Notes: a model not told the origin generated them from the letters alone. Counted from the first letter of the stretch, positions 1 to 9,690 are shown. The stretch: DNA of 64,000 bases from Steroidobacter flavus (GCF_042651805.1 NZ_JBHSDU010000003.1:3461459-3525458), one strand, 5' to 3'. Program-made: numbers and translations.

Positions 1-605
1 TGGTCGCCGATGAAGTCATCTGCGGCTTCGGTCGTACCGGTCAGTGGTTCGGCTCGCAGACTTACGGCATCGATCCGGATCTGATGCCGATGGCGAAGGG
101 CCTGTCGTCGGGCTATCTGCCGATCGCCGGCGTCGCCATTCACGATCGCATCTGGAAAGAAATCAACGAAGGCGGCGCGCTCGCGCACGGCTACACGTAC
201 TCGGGTCACCCGGCGTCGTGCGCTGTGGCGATTGCGAACATTCAATTGATGCGGTCGGAGGGGCTGGTCGAGCGCGTACGGGAAGAGATTGCGCCGTACT
301 TCCGCAAGAGCCTGCAGGAGCTGGCGGCGTCGCATCCCATCGTCGGCGAGATTCGCGGCGTCGGTCTGATCGCGGCGATTCAGCTGGTGAAGCACAAGCC
401 GACTCGCGAAATTTTCACGACGCAGGACGACGCGGCCAATTTCTGCCGCGACGTGGCCGCCAACAACGGCCTGATCATGCGCGCGGTGTATCAGTCGATG
501 GTGCTCAGCCCGCCGCTGATCATCACCAAGGCGCAGGTCGATGAGCTGACCGAGAAGGCTCGCAAAGCGCTCGACGAGACGGCTAAAAAGTTTGGGTTAG
601 GGTAA
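1..605 (+). CDS. Class-III (omega) aminotransferase, 5'-truncated by the window edge (C-terminal ~200 aa)
   Basis: Frame 3 is open from the window start. 'VADEVICGFGRTGQWFG...MAKGLSSGYLPIAG' is the PLP-lysine/substrate region typical of GABA/putrescine-type aminotransferases. Stop at 603-605. Confidence 0.75.
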   Translation, partial: VADEVICGFGRTGQWFGSQTYGIDPDLMPMAKGLSSGYLPIAGVAIHDRIWKEINEGGALAHGYTYSGHPASCAVAIANIQLMRSEGLVERVREEIAPYFRKSLQELAASHPIVGEIRGVGLIAAIQLVKHKPTREIFTTQDDAANFCRDVAANNGLIMRAVYQSMVLSPPLIITKAQVDELTEKARKALDETAKKFGLG

Positions 606-625
606 CGCCCACTTACGGGCGCGGC

Positions 626-1618
626 TCAGGCCGTGCCCGCTTTTAAATGCGGGTGCTGTTTCTGGATGGTCGCGATCATCCATTGCCGGAACTTGCGGAT
701 CACCGGCGAATCCCAGCGCTTCTCGCGCGCGATAAAGTAGTAAATACCCACTGCCAGCGGCTGAAACGCGGGCTTGCCCTCGCCGACATCGACCAGTCGG
801 CCGCTGGCCAGATCGTCCGCCACGATCACATAATTCGTCAGCGAAATGCCGCGGCCGTGCCGGGCCGCGTCCAATGTGAGATGCCCCTGCCACAGCCGCG
901 TGCCGCTCAGCTCCACATCCTCGTGGATGCCGTGGAAGCTCAGCCAATTGCGCCAGCGGTTGAAGTTCTCTTCATGCAACAGCTGATGGGTCAGCAAGTC
1001 GCGCGGCTCGTTAATCGGGGCCGAGCGGGCCAGATAGTCACGATTGGCCACGGCCAGCACCGGCGTGTGAACGATTTCTGAGCTGCGCAATTCCGCGGCG
1101 AGCTCGACGCGATCCGCATATGGCGCGACCAATCGGATCTCGACGTCCGTGTGATGGGCGAGCACATCCGGCAGGCGGTCGAGCGGGCGTACTTCGATAT
1201 CGATGCCCGGATTGGCCTTTTCGAACTCGCCGAGACGGCTCGACAGCCAGTGCAAGGCGAAGCCGGGCATGCAGCGGATATGCAGGCGATGATCGTCGCC
1301 GCGTTTCATCAGATCGACGGTGGCGCCGGCGATCGTGTCGATCGCGCTGGCGATTTGCTTGTGATATCGGATGCCGTCCTCAGTCAGCACCGCGCCGCCG
1401 GGCGTTCGCTGAATGAGCTTCGTGCCGGTCCAGTCTTCGATGGCGCGCAGGTGCCGGCTGACGACGGCATGGTCGCGACACAAATATTGGGCGGCTTTGC
1501 GGACGCCACCGAGGCGCGCGACGGCGTCGAATGCCCGCAATGCTTCGAAAGGGGGCAGCGCCTTGCGCGAGGGCAGGCTGGCCGCCGGCGGGTGTGCGAT
1601 TTTTTCCTCGCTCATCAA
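626..1618 (-). CDS. LysR-family transcriptional regulator
   Basis: N-terminal HTH 'FEALRAFDAVARLGGVRKAAQYLCRDHAVVSRHLRAIEDWTG' is GcvA/LysR-like; length 330 aa with a C-terminal substrate-binding domain. Confidence 0.8.
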   Translation of the reverse strand: MMSEEKIAHPPAASLPSRKALPPFEALRAFDAVARLGGVRKAAQYLCRDHAVVSRHLRAIEDWTGTKLIQRTPGGAVLTEDGIRYHKQIASAIDTIAGATVDLMKRGDDHRLHIRCMPGFALHWLSSRLGEFEKANPGIDIEVRPLDRLPDVLAHHTDVEIRLVAPYADRVELAAELRSSEIVHTPVLAVANRDYLARSAPINEPRDLLTHQLLHEENFNRWRNWLSFHGIHEDVELSGTRLWQGHLTLDAARHGRGISLTNYVIVADDLASGRLVDVGEGKPAFQPLAVGIYYFIAREKRWDSPVIRKFRQWMIATIQKQHPHLKAGTA

Positions 1619-1825
1619 AATAAACTCGGCCCTTTTCTGCTCTCAGGTCCACAGCTTCCTCCCCGGAGGGGAGGAAGACTATAAATAATTCACTGAAATT
1701 CGCCCGGATTGTGTCACGGCCGGTGCGAAAACGGCACCAAGCGGGGTGGCTTTGGCACTTCTAACCCGGAACGCTCCGCTGACAACATCGGTAAATTCTG
1801 CGAGTCCTGATTCCCATCGCGAGGG

Positions 1826-3220
1826 GTGCCGTTGAATACTATCGCCGAAGCCTCATCGCCCGTCGCGGCCCCGGCCGCCAGCGCCGAATTTTTCGGCCAT
1901 CCGCGCGGCCTGGCGTATATCGCCTTCACCGAAGCCTGGGAACGGTTTTCCTTTTACGGCATGCAGGCACTGCTGGTGCTGTACATGTCGGGATATCTGC
2001 TGCAACCCGGTGTGATCGAGCAGGTGGCCGGGTTCGCCGGCCTGCGCGGCGCCATCGAGGCGGTGTTCGGCACGTTGTCCACTCAAGCGCTCGCGGCGCA
2101 GATTTTCGGGCTGTATATCGGCCTGGTTTATTTCATGCCCATTTTCGGGGGGCTGCTCGGCGACCACATTATGGGAAGACGCCGCGCGGTCCTGCTCGGC
2201 GCGGCGGCCATGGCGGTCGGTCACTTCCTGATGGCGTTCGAAGCGGCGTTTCTGCCGGCGCTGGCCGCACTGATCGTGGGCTCGGGCTTGTTGAAAGGAA
2301 ATCTCGCCGCCCAGGTGGGCGCGCTGTACGCCAAGGACGATCGTCGCCGCGATAGCGCCTATACCGCCTACTGCACGGCTATCAACGTCGGTGCGTTCAT
2401 CGCGCCGCTGGTGTGTGGCACGTTGGGTGAGTTCTACGGCTGGCACTACGGATTCGGGGCCGCCGGCATCGGGATGTTGGTCGGTATCGTCATTTATCTT
2501 TCCGGTGCGAAATATTTGCCCGCCGACGGGCCGCGTGGCGAGAAGGTTCACGACCGCCCGCGCATGCAAGCGGGCGATCTGCGCAAAGTCATTGTGATAT
2601 TGGTGCTGCTCGCGATCACCGCGCTGTTCTGGACGGTGCAGACCCAGGTTTGGAACACCTATCCGGTGTGGTTGCGCGATCACGTCGATCGTTCGCTGCC
2701 GTTCGGCTGGACGTTACCGGTGACCTGGTTCCAGGCGCTCGATTCCCTCACCGTGCTGTTGTTCGCACCGCTGGTGATGCTGGTGTGGCGTCGTCAGGCG
2801 GAACGCGCGGCCGAGCCCAGCGATCTAGGAAAAATCGCGCTCGGCTGCGGCTTCTTTGCCGTCGCGTGTTTCTTGTTGAGCGCTGGACAATGGCTGGCCG
2901 GCGCCGGGCGCGTGCCGGTGTGGTGGCCGGTCGTGTTCCATTTCATTTGCGCCGCTTCGTACTTGTATGTAGCCCCGATTGCGCTCGCGCTGGTGTCGCG
3001 CGCAGCGCCGCCGGCGGTGAACGCCATGATGGTCGGCTCCTACTATCTCGGCCTGTTCGTCGGCGGCATCGCAAGCGGCTGGCTGGCGCGCTTCTATGAG
3101 CCATTGGGTCCGACGATGTTCTGGATGCTTCATGTGCTGGTCGCGGTCGCCGGCTCGCTGAGCATTCTGCTGCTGCGGCCGATGTTTGTCCGTGTCCTGG
3201 AGTTGGAGGTAGCCCGGTAA
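1826..3220 (+). CDS. POT/PTR2-family di-/tripeptide:H+ symporter (MFS)
   Basis: Contains the PTR2 signature 'ERFSFYGMQALLVLYM'; about 12 predicted TM segments; 464 aa. Confidence 0.8.
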   Translation: MPLNTIAEASSPVAAPAASAEFFGHPRGLAYIAFTEAWERFSFYGMQALLVLYMSGYLLQPGVIEQVAGFAGLRGAIEAVFGTLSTQALAAQIFGLYIGLVYFMPIFGGLLGDHIMGRRRAVLLGAAAMAVGHFLMAFEAAFLPALAALIVGSGLLKGNLAAQVGALYAKDDRRRDSAYTAYCTAINVGAFIAPLVCGTLGEFYGWHYGFGAAGIGMLVGIVIYLSGAKYLPADGPRGEKVHDRPRMQAGDLRKVIVILVLLAITALFWTVQTQVWNTYPVWLRDHVDRSLPFGWTLPVTWFQALDSLTVLLFAPLVMLVWRRQAERAAEPSDLGKIALGCGFFAVACFLLSAGQWLAGAGRVPVWWPVVFHFICAASYLYVAPIALALVSRAAPPAVNAMMVGSYYLGLFVGGIASGWLARFYEPLGPTMFWMLHVLVAVAGSLSILLLRPMFVRVLELEVAR

Positions 3221-3244
3221 AAGTCACGCCTTTTGCCGGGCGTG

Positions 3245-3269
3245 TCAAAAGGGCCTCGGCCACTTTTGA
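3245..3269. terminator. Hairpin between convergent genes (tcaaaagggcc-tcg-gccacttttga)
   Basis: Inverted repeat tcaaaag/cttttga around a GC core, lying between the stop of the POT transporter and the stop of the minus-strand 142-aa ORF. A/T runs are present on both sides. Confidence 0.45.
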
Positions 3270-3277
3270 CCAGATAA

Positions 3278-3706
3278 TCAGAACGGGAACGGCTTGAGAT
3301 CGGGATCGATCCACGCGCGCCGTGCCATCACCGAGAACAACACTGGCTTCGACCAGTATTCGAGCAACCAGTCGGATCGCCCGTAACGGCTCGCCAGCAG
3401 CTCATCCAGCGCTGTGTGCAGCGGCGTTTCCGGCCGTCCTTTCAGCCAGGCCCGCGCGGCTCGCAGCGAAGCGAGCGTGATCGTCTCGTGATAACCGCTC
3501 GAATCGGTGTTCGCCACGCCGGTTGAGAGGTTGTAGGCGCGGATCAATTTAGGCATATCGGCTTCCGCGTTCATGCCAGGCCGGCGCAATACCCAAAAGG
3601 CCGCGGCGAAATGGGCCGCGTGTGTCCACTCCGGTTTAGGCAACGTCCGTTCGATCACGCCCAGCGCGATGCGCTCGATGTCGGCGTCACTGAAGAGAGG
3701 TGTCAT
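3278..3706 (-). CDS. Hypothetical protein (142 aa), no recognisable family
   Basis: ORF with an AGGAG Shine-Dalgarno 8 nt upstream of the ATG at 3706. The longer 188-aa form starts in the terminator hairpin and is less likely. Confidence 0.5.
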   Translation of the reverse strand: MTPLFSDADIERIALGVIERTLPKPEWTHAAHFAAAFWVLRRPGMNAEADMPKLIRAYNLSTGVANTDSSGYHETITLASLRAARAWLKGRPETPLHTALDELLASRYGRSDWLLEYWSKPVLFSVMARRAWIDPDLKPFPF

Positions 3707-4029
3707 GGTCAAGCTCCTGATGGTGTGAGACCAGCGAAGCTCGACGAAGCCCCGCCGGATGGCGGGGTTGCGGATGTTTGGTTGGGTTTTGGGGCCGGAA
3801 AGGGCCCTAGAAAGTCCGAACGCACGCACACGCAACCGCCGCAATGAAGCGCGGTTGTTGCTGTTTGCGTTTGCTGATTCGGATCATGGCCGCGACTATA
3901 GGCGCGACCGCGGCAGCGGTCAAACGACCGGCCGGCAATCCGGCGAATGTGCCGGGAGAAATATTAAAGGTTTGTAATCATGCAGCCGCCAGCGTGGCAA
4001 GCCAGCGCTGGCAGCGCATGAAACCCGAA

Positions 4030-4263
4030 TTACTTGCGGGCTTTCTTCTTCGACGAGCGCAGCGACAGGCCGAGCTTATGGATGCGCTGGCGGACGGCCG
4101 CCTCGGTGCGCTTCAGCTTGGTCGCGATGGCGCGAGCCGGAGTCTGTTCCTTGATCAGCGCCTTCATTTCGCGGTCATTCTGACTCGTCCAACGAACGCG
4201 GGAAGTGGCCTTGGAGCTCTTCTTCTTAGCAGGAGTCTTCGAACGTTTTGCTTTAGTTGCCAT
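4030..4263 (-). CDS. Small lysine-rich basic protein (77 aa) with central HTH-like segment, possibly histone-H1/nucleoid-like
   Basis: 'MATKAKRSKTPAKKKSSKAT...SKKKARK' K-rich tails flank 'MKALIKEQTPARAIATKLKRTEAAVRQRIHKLGL'. A GAGGA RBS precedes the ATG at 4263. Confidence 0.5.
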   Translation of the reverse strand: MATKAKRSKTPAKKKSSKATSRVRWTSQNDREMKALIKEQTPARAIATKLKRTEAAVRQRIHKLGLSLRSSKKKARK

Positions 4264-4945
4264 GGTTAGTCCTCTGGGTAACGCCGCTTGAATCCGCGGC
4301 CGTCGCGACGAGTTCCGCGGTCGTGAACTCATCTGAATTCGTCGAGCCGATGCAGTTACATCGGCTTGACATCGACGGTCGCTTATGAAACTTGGGTCCG
4401 TTCTCTACTAGGGGGTCAGTTACAAAAAGTCACAATCTGGGCGAAGGGCACGGATTATCAATGTTCGATATGACCATGTTTGGAACGGAACGGCGCTATC
4501 GTACCAAATAAACGTCAGGCATTTATATATACGAGGCCGACAAATGTATCTGTCACGTACGTGCTACTACCGAAATATTCCCTGCAGGGCAAGCATCTAA
4601 ACGAATTTATATCGACCGGAAATGAGCGCTGATCCGGTAAAAAAGCAAAAGGAATGTCGCGAGCCGCCCATCCAAAGCGCCCCGCGCAACGAATCGGAAC
4701 GAGGCCGGGGCCGCTCGAAAATTACAAAATGACTACGCAATCCTGCGGAATTGGTGCGTAGCGTGCGCGATTACCACCGCCGGAGGTCGGGGTGTAAGTA
4801 GATCACGCGCGCCGTCGCGGCGTGCGCGTCGCCGCACGCCGGATACGCAGATGGTGAAGCAACGGTCGGCTGTCGTACGCCGGAACCTTCCCGCATGCGC
4901 GCGATTGAGAATCGTCGGGTCGCGATTTTCCAGCGGGAGCGGCGC

Positions 4946-5293
4946 ATGAGCCAGGATCTCAAACAGCGGCTGAAGCAGGGCGGCAGAGATACGATGGAAC
5001 GCGGCAAACGCGCCGCGGCCGAGCAAATCTCCGAGATCGCGGACGCCATCGATCGCGCCGGCGCGCAGCTCGATGAAACACAGCCCATGCTGGCCAGTTA
5101 TGCGGCAAAAATAGCCGACGGCGTCGGTGACCTCGCAATGCATCTGCGCGAGGAAAGCTTCGAGGATTTATATCGCCGCACCCGGGTGCTGGCGATGCGC
5201 CATCCTGGAATGTTTCTACTGGGCAGCGCCGCGCTCGGCGTCGCGGTCGCTCGCTTCATGAAATCCACGGATATCGAAGGACGTCGGTTATGA
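4946..5293 (+). CDS. DUF883 / YqjD-ElaB-like membrane-anchored protein
   Basis: Coiled N-terminal part plus a single C-terminal TM ('LLGSAALGVAVARFM'). It is the first gene of a three-gene arrangement typical of yqjD-yqjE-yqjK. Confidence 0.55.
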   Translation: MSQDLKQRLKQGGRDTMERGKRAAAEQISEIADAIDRAGAQLDETQPMLASYAAKIADGVGDLAMHLREESFEDLYRRTRVLAMRHPGMFLLGSAALGVAVARFMKSTDIEGRRL

Positions 5294-5682
5294 CATCGGC
5301 GTCGGAGACGGGCTCGCTCGCGGGCTTGCTCTCACGATTGATGGATGAGGCGCGGGCCCTGGCAAGAAACGAGATTGCGCTGGCCAGGGCCGAGGCCCGC
5401 GGCGCCATGCGCGATGTAAAGCTGAGCATCGCGCCGTTCGCCATTGCCGCCGGCGTGCTGTTCGCCGGTGCCTTGACCCTGGTGGCTACGTTGGTGCTGG
5501 CACTTTCCGAAGTGATGCGGCCGTGGCTGGCGGCGTTGATTGTCAGCATCGTGCTGCTGGCGGCCGGCTGGATGCTGTTGAAAGCTGGCCGGCGTAAATG
5601 GGCCCACCTCGGCGAACAGTTCGATCGAACTCAGGAATCGTTACACAAAGATGCGACGGTGGTCGCGCGGAGGACATCATGA
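5290..5682 (+). CDS. Phage-holin-like small membrane protein (YqjE/DUF1469-like)
   Basis: 130 aa with two hydrophobic helices and 'NEIALARAEARGAMRDV'. ATGA overlap with the upstream gene. Confidence 0.5.
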   Translation: MTSASETGSLAGLLSRLMDEARALARNEIALARAEARGAMRDVKLSIAPFAIAAGVLFAGALTLVATLVLALSEVMRPWLAALIVSIVLLAAGWMLLKAGRRKWAHLGEQFDRTQESLHKDATVVARRTS

Positions 5683-6269
5683 ACGCCACGACTGACAAGC
5701 GCAGCGCCGAAGATCTCGAGCGCCGGGGCGAGCAGATCCGCGCCGACCTGGATCGCACATTGGATGAGATCGGTCGCATATTCTCGTCCGGCGAGCTCGT
5801 CGACCGCTCCGTCGATTTTGTCCGCGACCGGGGGCCGGAGCTGTTGCGCGAGGCCGGAGCATCGATGCGTAGAAATCCCGGGCCGGTGTTGTTGACCGTG
5901 GCCGGTTTGATTTGGTGGGCGGGCACGTTGATGCGTTCGCGCTCCGAGGATCGTTGGGCTGCCCGTGATTATGTACCGGTGCGTGCCATCCGCAGGCGCA
6001 CGCGCTACGCCCGGTCGCGATTGGATCGCGCGATGCATGAGCAACCGTTCACGCTCGGCGCTCTGGCACTCGCTGCGGGCGCACTGATCGGCGCTGTGTT
6101 ACCGATGAGTCGTTATGAGAATAAATGGGTTGGACCGGTTCATGACGAGGCGATAGCCCGCGCGAAACTAGCCGGTCGCCGCGAATATGACGATCTGCGC
6201 CAGGCGGTGGCCGCGTCATTGGAGCGTCGCGCTAACGAGCTGCGCGGCTCCGCGCCTGTGCATCATTAA
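5679..6269 (+). CDS. DUF3618-like membrane protein (third gene of yqjD-type operon)
   Basis: GGAGGA RBS before the ATG at 5679. N-terminal 'RSAEDLERRGEQIRADLDRTLDEIG', then a TM segment 'PVLLTVAGLIWWAGTLM'. Confidence 0.45.
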   Translation: MNATTDKRSAEDLERRGEQIRADLDRTLDEIGRIFSSGELVDRSVDFVRDRGPELLREAGASMRRNPGPVLLTVAGLIWWAGTLMRSRSEDRWAARDYVPVRAIRRRTRYARSRLDRAMHEQPFTLGALALAAGALIGAVLPMSRYENKWVGPVHDEAIARAKLAGRREYDDLRQAVAASLERRANELRGSAPVHH

Positions 6270-7132
6270 AGCAGTGGCTTGCCGCCAGTGACTGCGACGG
6301 TCGCGCCAGAAACATAACTGCTCTCGTCACTGGCGAGCATCACGTACACCGGTGCCAGCTCACAGGGCTGCGCCGGCCGTTTCATTGGATATTTCGCGCC
6401 AAACTCCCGAACTTTGTCCGCTTCCATGGAGGCCGGGATCAGCGGTGTCCACACCGGTCCGGGTGCGACGGTGTTTGCTCGAATGCCTTTTTCGGCGAGC
6501 AGCTGCGCGAGGCCGGCGGTGAAATTCTGGATCGCGCCTTTGGTGGTCGCATAGGCCAGCAACGTCGGGTTGGGAACATCGGCGTTGATCGATGCAGTAT
6601 TGATGATACTGGCGCCTTCCTTCAGGTGCGGCATCGCGGCCTTGGTGATATAGAACATCGCCGAAAGATTGGTCGCGAGCGTCTTGTCCCATTCCTCATC
6701 GGGGATTTTTTCCAAGGCATCGAACGTCATTTGATGGGCGGCGTTGTTGACCAGAATGTCGATGTGGCCAAGCGTCTCGACCGCTTTTTTCACCAGCGTC
6801 CGGCAATGTTCGGCTTGCGCGATGTCGCCCGGTATCAACGCGCATTTGCGACCGGCTGATTCGACCAGCCGCTGCGTCTCACGCGCATCTTCATGCTCGT
6901 TGAGATAACTCACGACGACGTCGGCGCCTTCGCGTGCGAAGGCGAGCGCGACGGCGCGACCGATGCCCGAATCGGCACCGGTGATCAGCGCCTTTTTATC
7001 CGTCAGTCGATTCGCACCCTGGTAGCTGTCCTCGCCGTAGTCGGGCTCGGGGTTCATCGCCTTGCTCGAACCGGGCAGGGACTGCGCCTGTTTGGGGAAG
7101 GGCGGCTTGGGAAACTCTTTGCGCTTGCTCAT
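6266..7132 (-). CDS. SDR-family oxidoreductase, YghA/YdaD general-stress type
   Basis: 'ALITGADSGIGRAVALAFAREGADVVVSY', 'NNAA', and the catalytic Y-x3-K ('YATTKGAI'). Confidence 0.8.
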   Translation of the reverse strand: MSKRKEFPKPPFPKQAQSLPGSSKAMNPEPDYGEDSYQGANRLTDKKALITGADSGIGRAVALAFAREGADVVVSYLNEHEDARETQRLVESAGRKCALIPGDIAQAEHCRTLVKKAVETLGHIDILVNNAAHQMTFDALEKIPDEEWDKTLATNLSAMFYITKAAMPHLKEGASIINTASINADVPNPTLLAYATTKGAIQNFTAGLAQLLAEKGIRANTVAPGPVWTPLIPASMEADKVREFGAKYPMKRPAQPCELAPVYVMLASDESSYVSGATVAVTGGKPLL

Positions 7133-7186
7133 GCCCGAAACAAGAGAGCGGCGTCATGCAAAGTTCCCGGGTGTCACGGCCGGATT

Positions 7187-8212
7187 TTACGCGCGCTCGG
7201 TGGCGATCAGGAGGACGACGCTCTCGTAGTTGAGCTGATGTAACCAGCGCAGCTCCGGGCGAGAGGCGACGCGGAGCAGGCCGGAAAGACCGGTCGCGCC
7301 GGAGGCGGTGGTCGCAGGCCCGCCGGCGCTTTGCAGTTCAGCTGTAGCGGCGAGCAGCTGAGTATCTGAAACGACGACAGAGCTCGCAGAGTACCGTTGC
7401 AGGATTCGCAGCGCCGGAGCTGAGGCCATGCCACAAGCGAGCATCGAAGCAGCAGTGTGCAGATTGCCTTTGATGAGCGTGGGTTTGCCGGCTCGCAATG
7501 CCTGTGCGACACAGGGCGCGGCGTCTGGCTCAACGACTAGAGACTTGCTCGGCCCGCGAAGCAACGGTTGCAGGCCTTCGACCATGGCCGCGGCCAATCC
7601 GCCGACACCGGCTTGCACAAACAAATGGGTCGGTCGTTCGAGTGACCTTTCCCGAAACTGGTCGATGAGCTCGTCCGCCAACAATCCATAGCCCGCCATC
7701 ACGTCGTTGACGACGGGGCTGTCCTCATCGCTGGAAGTGTCTGAGATCAATAATCCTTCGCCTCGCTCTGCCGCCGCTTCAGCGGCGAGCACGGCGGCAT
7801 CGTAAGTTCCGTTGATATGAACGAGCTCCGTTCCGAACGCTTGGATGCGAGCCGCGCGAGCGGCACTGACGTCTCGGGGTAGGAACACGGTGGCCCTGGT
7901 GCCGGCTTTGTTTGCAGCGGCCGCCACGGACAAACCGTGGTTGCCTTCGCTCGCACAGATCAATCGAGGCAGGGTTCGTGGCGATCCGGAGAAGAGTTCG
8001 CGTGGATCGGCCACACCGCTGGCGCTCGCCAGCGCACGAATGCCTGCAATCATTCCACCGAGCGCTTTGAAACTGCCGAGCGGCCGTTCACCCTCGACTT
8101 TGACGAACACCCGGCCGACGCCGGCCAACTGAGCGAGCGCGGGCAGTTCGAGTAACGGCGTGGGGCGGGCGTCCGGCCAAAGCAGCGCCCAGAGTGCTTT
8201 CAGGTCTTGCAT
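7187..8212 (-). CDS. PLP-dependent fold-type-II enzyme, diaminopropionate ammonia-lyase / Ser-Thr dehydratase-like
   Basis: 'GSFKALGGMIAG' lysine motif is closer to DpaL-like 'FKALGG' than to 'SFKIRG' of threonine dehydratase. 341 aa. Confidence 0.5.
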   Translation of the reverse strand: MQDLKALWALLWPDARPTPLLELPALAQLAGVGRVFVKVEGERPLGSFKALGGMIAGIRALASASGVADPRELFSGSPRTLPRLICASEGNHGLSVAAAANKAGTRATVFLPRDVSAARAARIQAFGTELVHINGTYDAAVLAAEAAAERGEGLLISDTSSDEDSPVVNDVMAGYGLLADELIDQFRERSLERPTHLFVQAGVGGLAAAMVEGLQPLLRGPSKSLVVEPDAAPCVAQALRAGKPTLIKGNLHTAASMLACGMASAPALRILQRYSASSVVVSDTQLLAATAELQSAGGPATTASGATGLSGLLRVASRPELRWLHQLNYESVVLLIATERA

Positions 8213-8280
8213 GCCACGAGTATGGACGAGGCTTCGCAGCGGGCCGCCGCAATAAGGACGGCAACTTTGCAGTTAAACCG

Positions 8281-8754
8281 CTATCTGTCGTCCAAAGGCA
8301 CCGGGATGGCCAGGCCTTGTTTGACCAGGTTCAGCACGACGTTGGTGGTGAACCGGCGCACGTTCGGATTCTCCTGGACCAGCTGCGACATCATCGCGTC
8401 GAAGCTTTCGGTGTCGCGCGCGGTGACGATGATCACGTAGTCGGTCTCGCCGGTGACATAAAAAGCCTGTTGAATCTCGCTGCGCTTCGTCAGCCATTCA
8501 CGCAGCTGGGCCAGCAATTCCGGCCGCTCACGCTCGATCTCCAGCGACACGACAAAATAAGTCGGCCGCCCGACCGAGCGCGGATCGACGATCGCAGCGT
8601 CACGCGTAATGACGCCTTGCTCGCGCATTCGTTTCAAGCGCCGCTGAATGGCGGAAGGCGACAGGCCGACGTGCTCTGCCAATTGCTCTGCAGTTTGCGC
8701 GGAGTCCTGCTGGACCAGATTGAGAAGCTGACGGTCGAAGCGATCCAGATCCAT
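8281..8754 (-). CDS. Lrp/AsnC-family transcriptional regulator
   Basis: 157 aa. N-terminal HTH 'LDRFDRQLLNLVQQDSAQTAEQLAEHVGLSPSAIQRRLKRMREQGVI' plus a RAM domain. Confidence 0.85.
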   Translation of the reverse strand: MDLDRFDRQLLNLVQQDSAQTAEQLAEHVGLSPSAIQRRLKRMREQGVITRDAAIVDPRSVGRPTYFVVSLEIERERPELLAQLREWLTKRSEIQQAFYVTGETDYVIIVTARDTESFDAMMSQLVQENPNVRRFTTNVVLNLVKQGLAIPVPLDDR

Positions 8755-8876
8755 GTCGGTTCAGAAAGCGATGGAGAGCGCGGAAAAACCGCAGCGAGCG
8801 TAATGGAATCGCGGCCGATGCGCGCTGTTGCACTTCTACCATCGTAGCCCACGTGACTATCGCGGTGAACCTGTCA

Positions 8877-9503
8877 ATGAACGCGCCCCTGCAACTGTTG
8901 TATCAAACTCATTCCCCCTATGCCCGCAAGGTGCTGGTGTTTGCCCATGAGGCCGGGCTCGCCGGGGCGGTCGAAGTCATTCATCACGAAACCAGTCCGC
9001 TACGGCGGAATGAAGCCGTGTTTGCAGCCAATCCGCTCGGCAAGGTGCCGGTGCTGCTGCGGCCGGGGTTGCCTGCGATATTCGATTCGGACGTGATCTG
9101 CGCCTACCTCGACACGTTACATGCGGGCCCGAAGCTGATTCCGGCCGAAGGCGAGGCGCGTTGGCGTGCGTTACAAGTGCAGGCGATGGCGCAGGGCCTG
9201 GCCGACGCCGGCATCGCGATCCGTTGGGAGACGCAGCGTCGGCCGAAGGAACTGCGCTATCCGGCGTTGCGCGACGGCTATGTGGAGAAATTGCTCGCCA
9301 GCTATGACTGGCTGGAACGTGAATTCGATATCGAAGGGGTCGTCGACATCGGTCATATCGCGCTGGCCACTGCCTTGAGCTGGCTGGAATTTCGCGAGTT
9401 GCCGACCTTTCGGCACCGGCCGCGGCTGACACGCTGGTTCGATGAATTCAGCAAGCGCGGCTCCATGCTCGCGACCCCGCTGTGGGGTCAGACGCACGAC
9501 TGA
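8877..9503 (+). CDS. Glutathione S-transferase
   Basis: 'LLYQTHSPYARKVLVFAHEAGL' GST N-terminal thioredoxin fold. Start set at the second ATG. Confidence 0.7.
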   Translation: MNAPLQLLYQTHSPYARKVLVFAHEAGLAGAVEVIHHETSPLRRNEAVFAANPLGKVPVLLRPGLPAIFDSDVICAYLDTLHAGPKLIPAEGEARWRALQVQAMAQGLADAGIAIRWETQRRPKELRYPALRDGYVEKLLASYDWLEREFDIEGVVDIGHIALATALSWLEFRELPTFRHRPRLTRWFDEFSKRGSMLATPLWGQTHD

Positions 9504-9508
9504 GCGTC

Positions 9509-9690
9509 CGGAGGCCCTCAATCGCCGTACGGCTCAAACAAGACATCCTTACAGTCAGTCGTGCGGTCCAAACGGGACATGCTTGCATTGAGTACGGCGA
9601 TTGAGGGCCGGGACATGCTTGCATTGAGCCGTACGGCGATTGAGGGCCGGGACATGCTTGCATTGAGCCGCACGGCGATTGAGGGCCTCC
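9509..9690. repeat. Composite intergenic repeat: inverted arm (9509-9536) plus three tandem 36/39/40-bp direct repeats (9576-9611, 9612-9650, 9651-9690)
   Basis: 'ggaggccctcaatcgccgtacggctcaa' is the exact reverse complement of the end of the third unit '...ttgagccgcacggcgattgagggcctcc'. The units all begin 'gacatgcttgcattgag'. Confidence 0.8.

Noticed and set aside
5598-5678. Upstream extension of the DUF3618 gene (start 5598)
   Set aside because: It would overlap the preceding gene by 85 nt; a strong GGAGGA RBS sits before the ATG at 5679.
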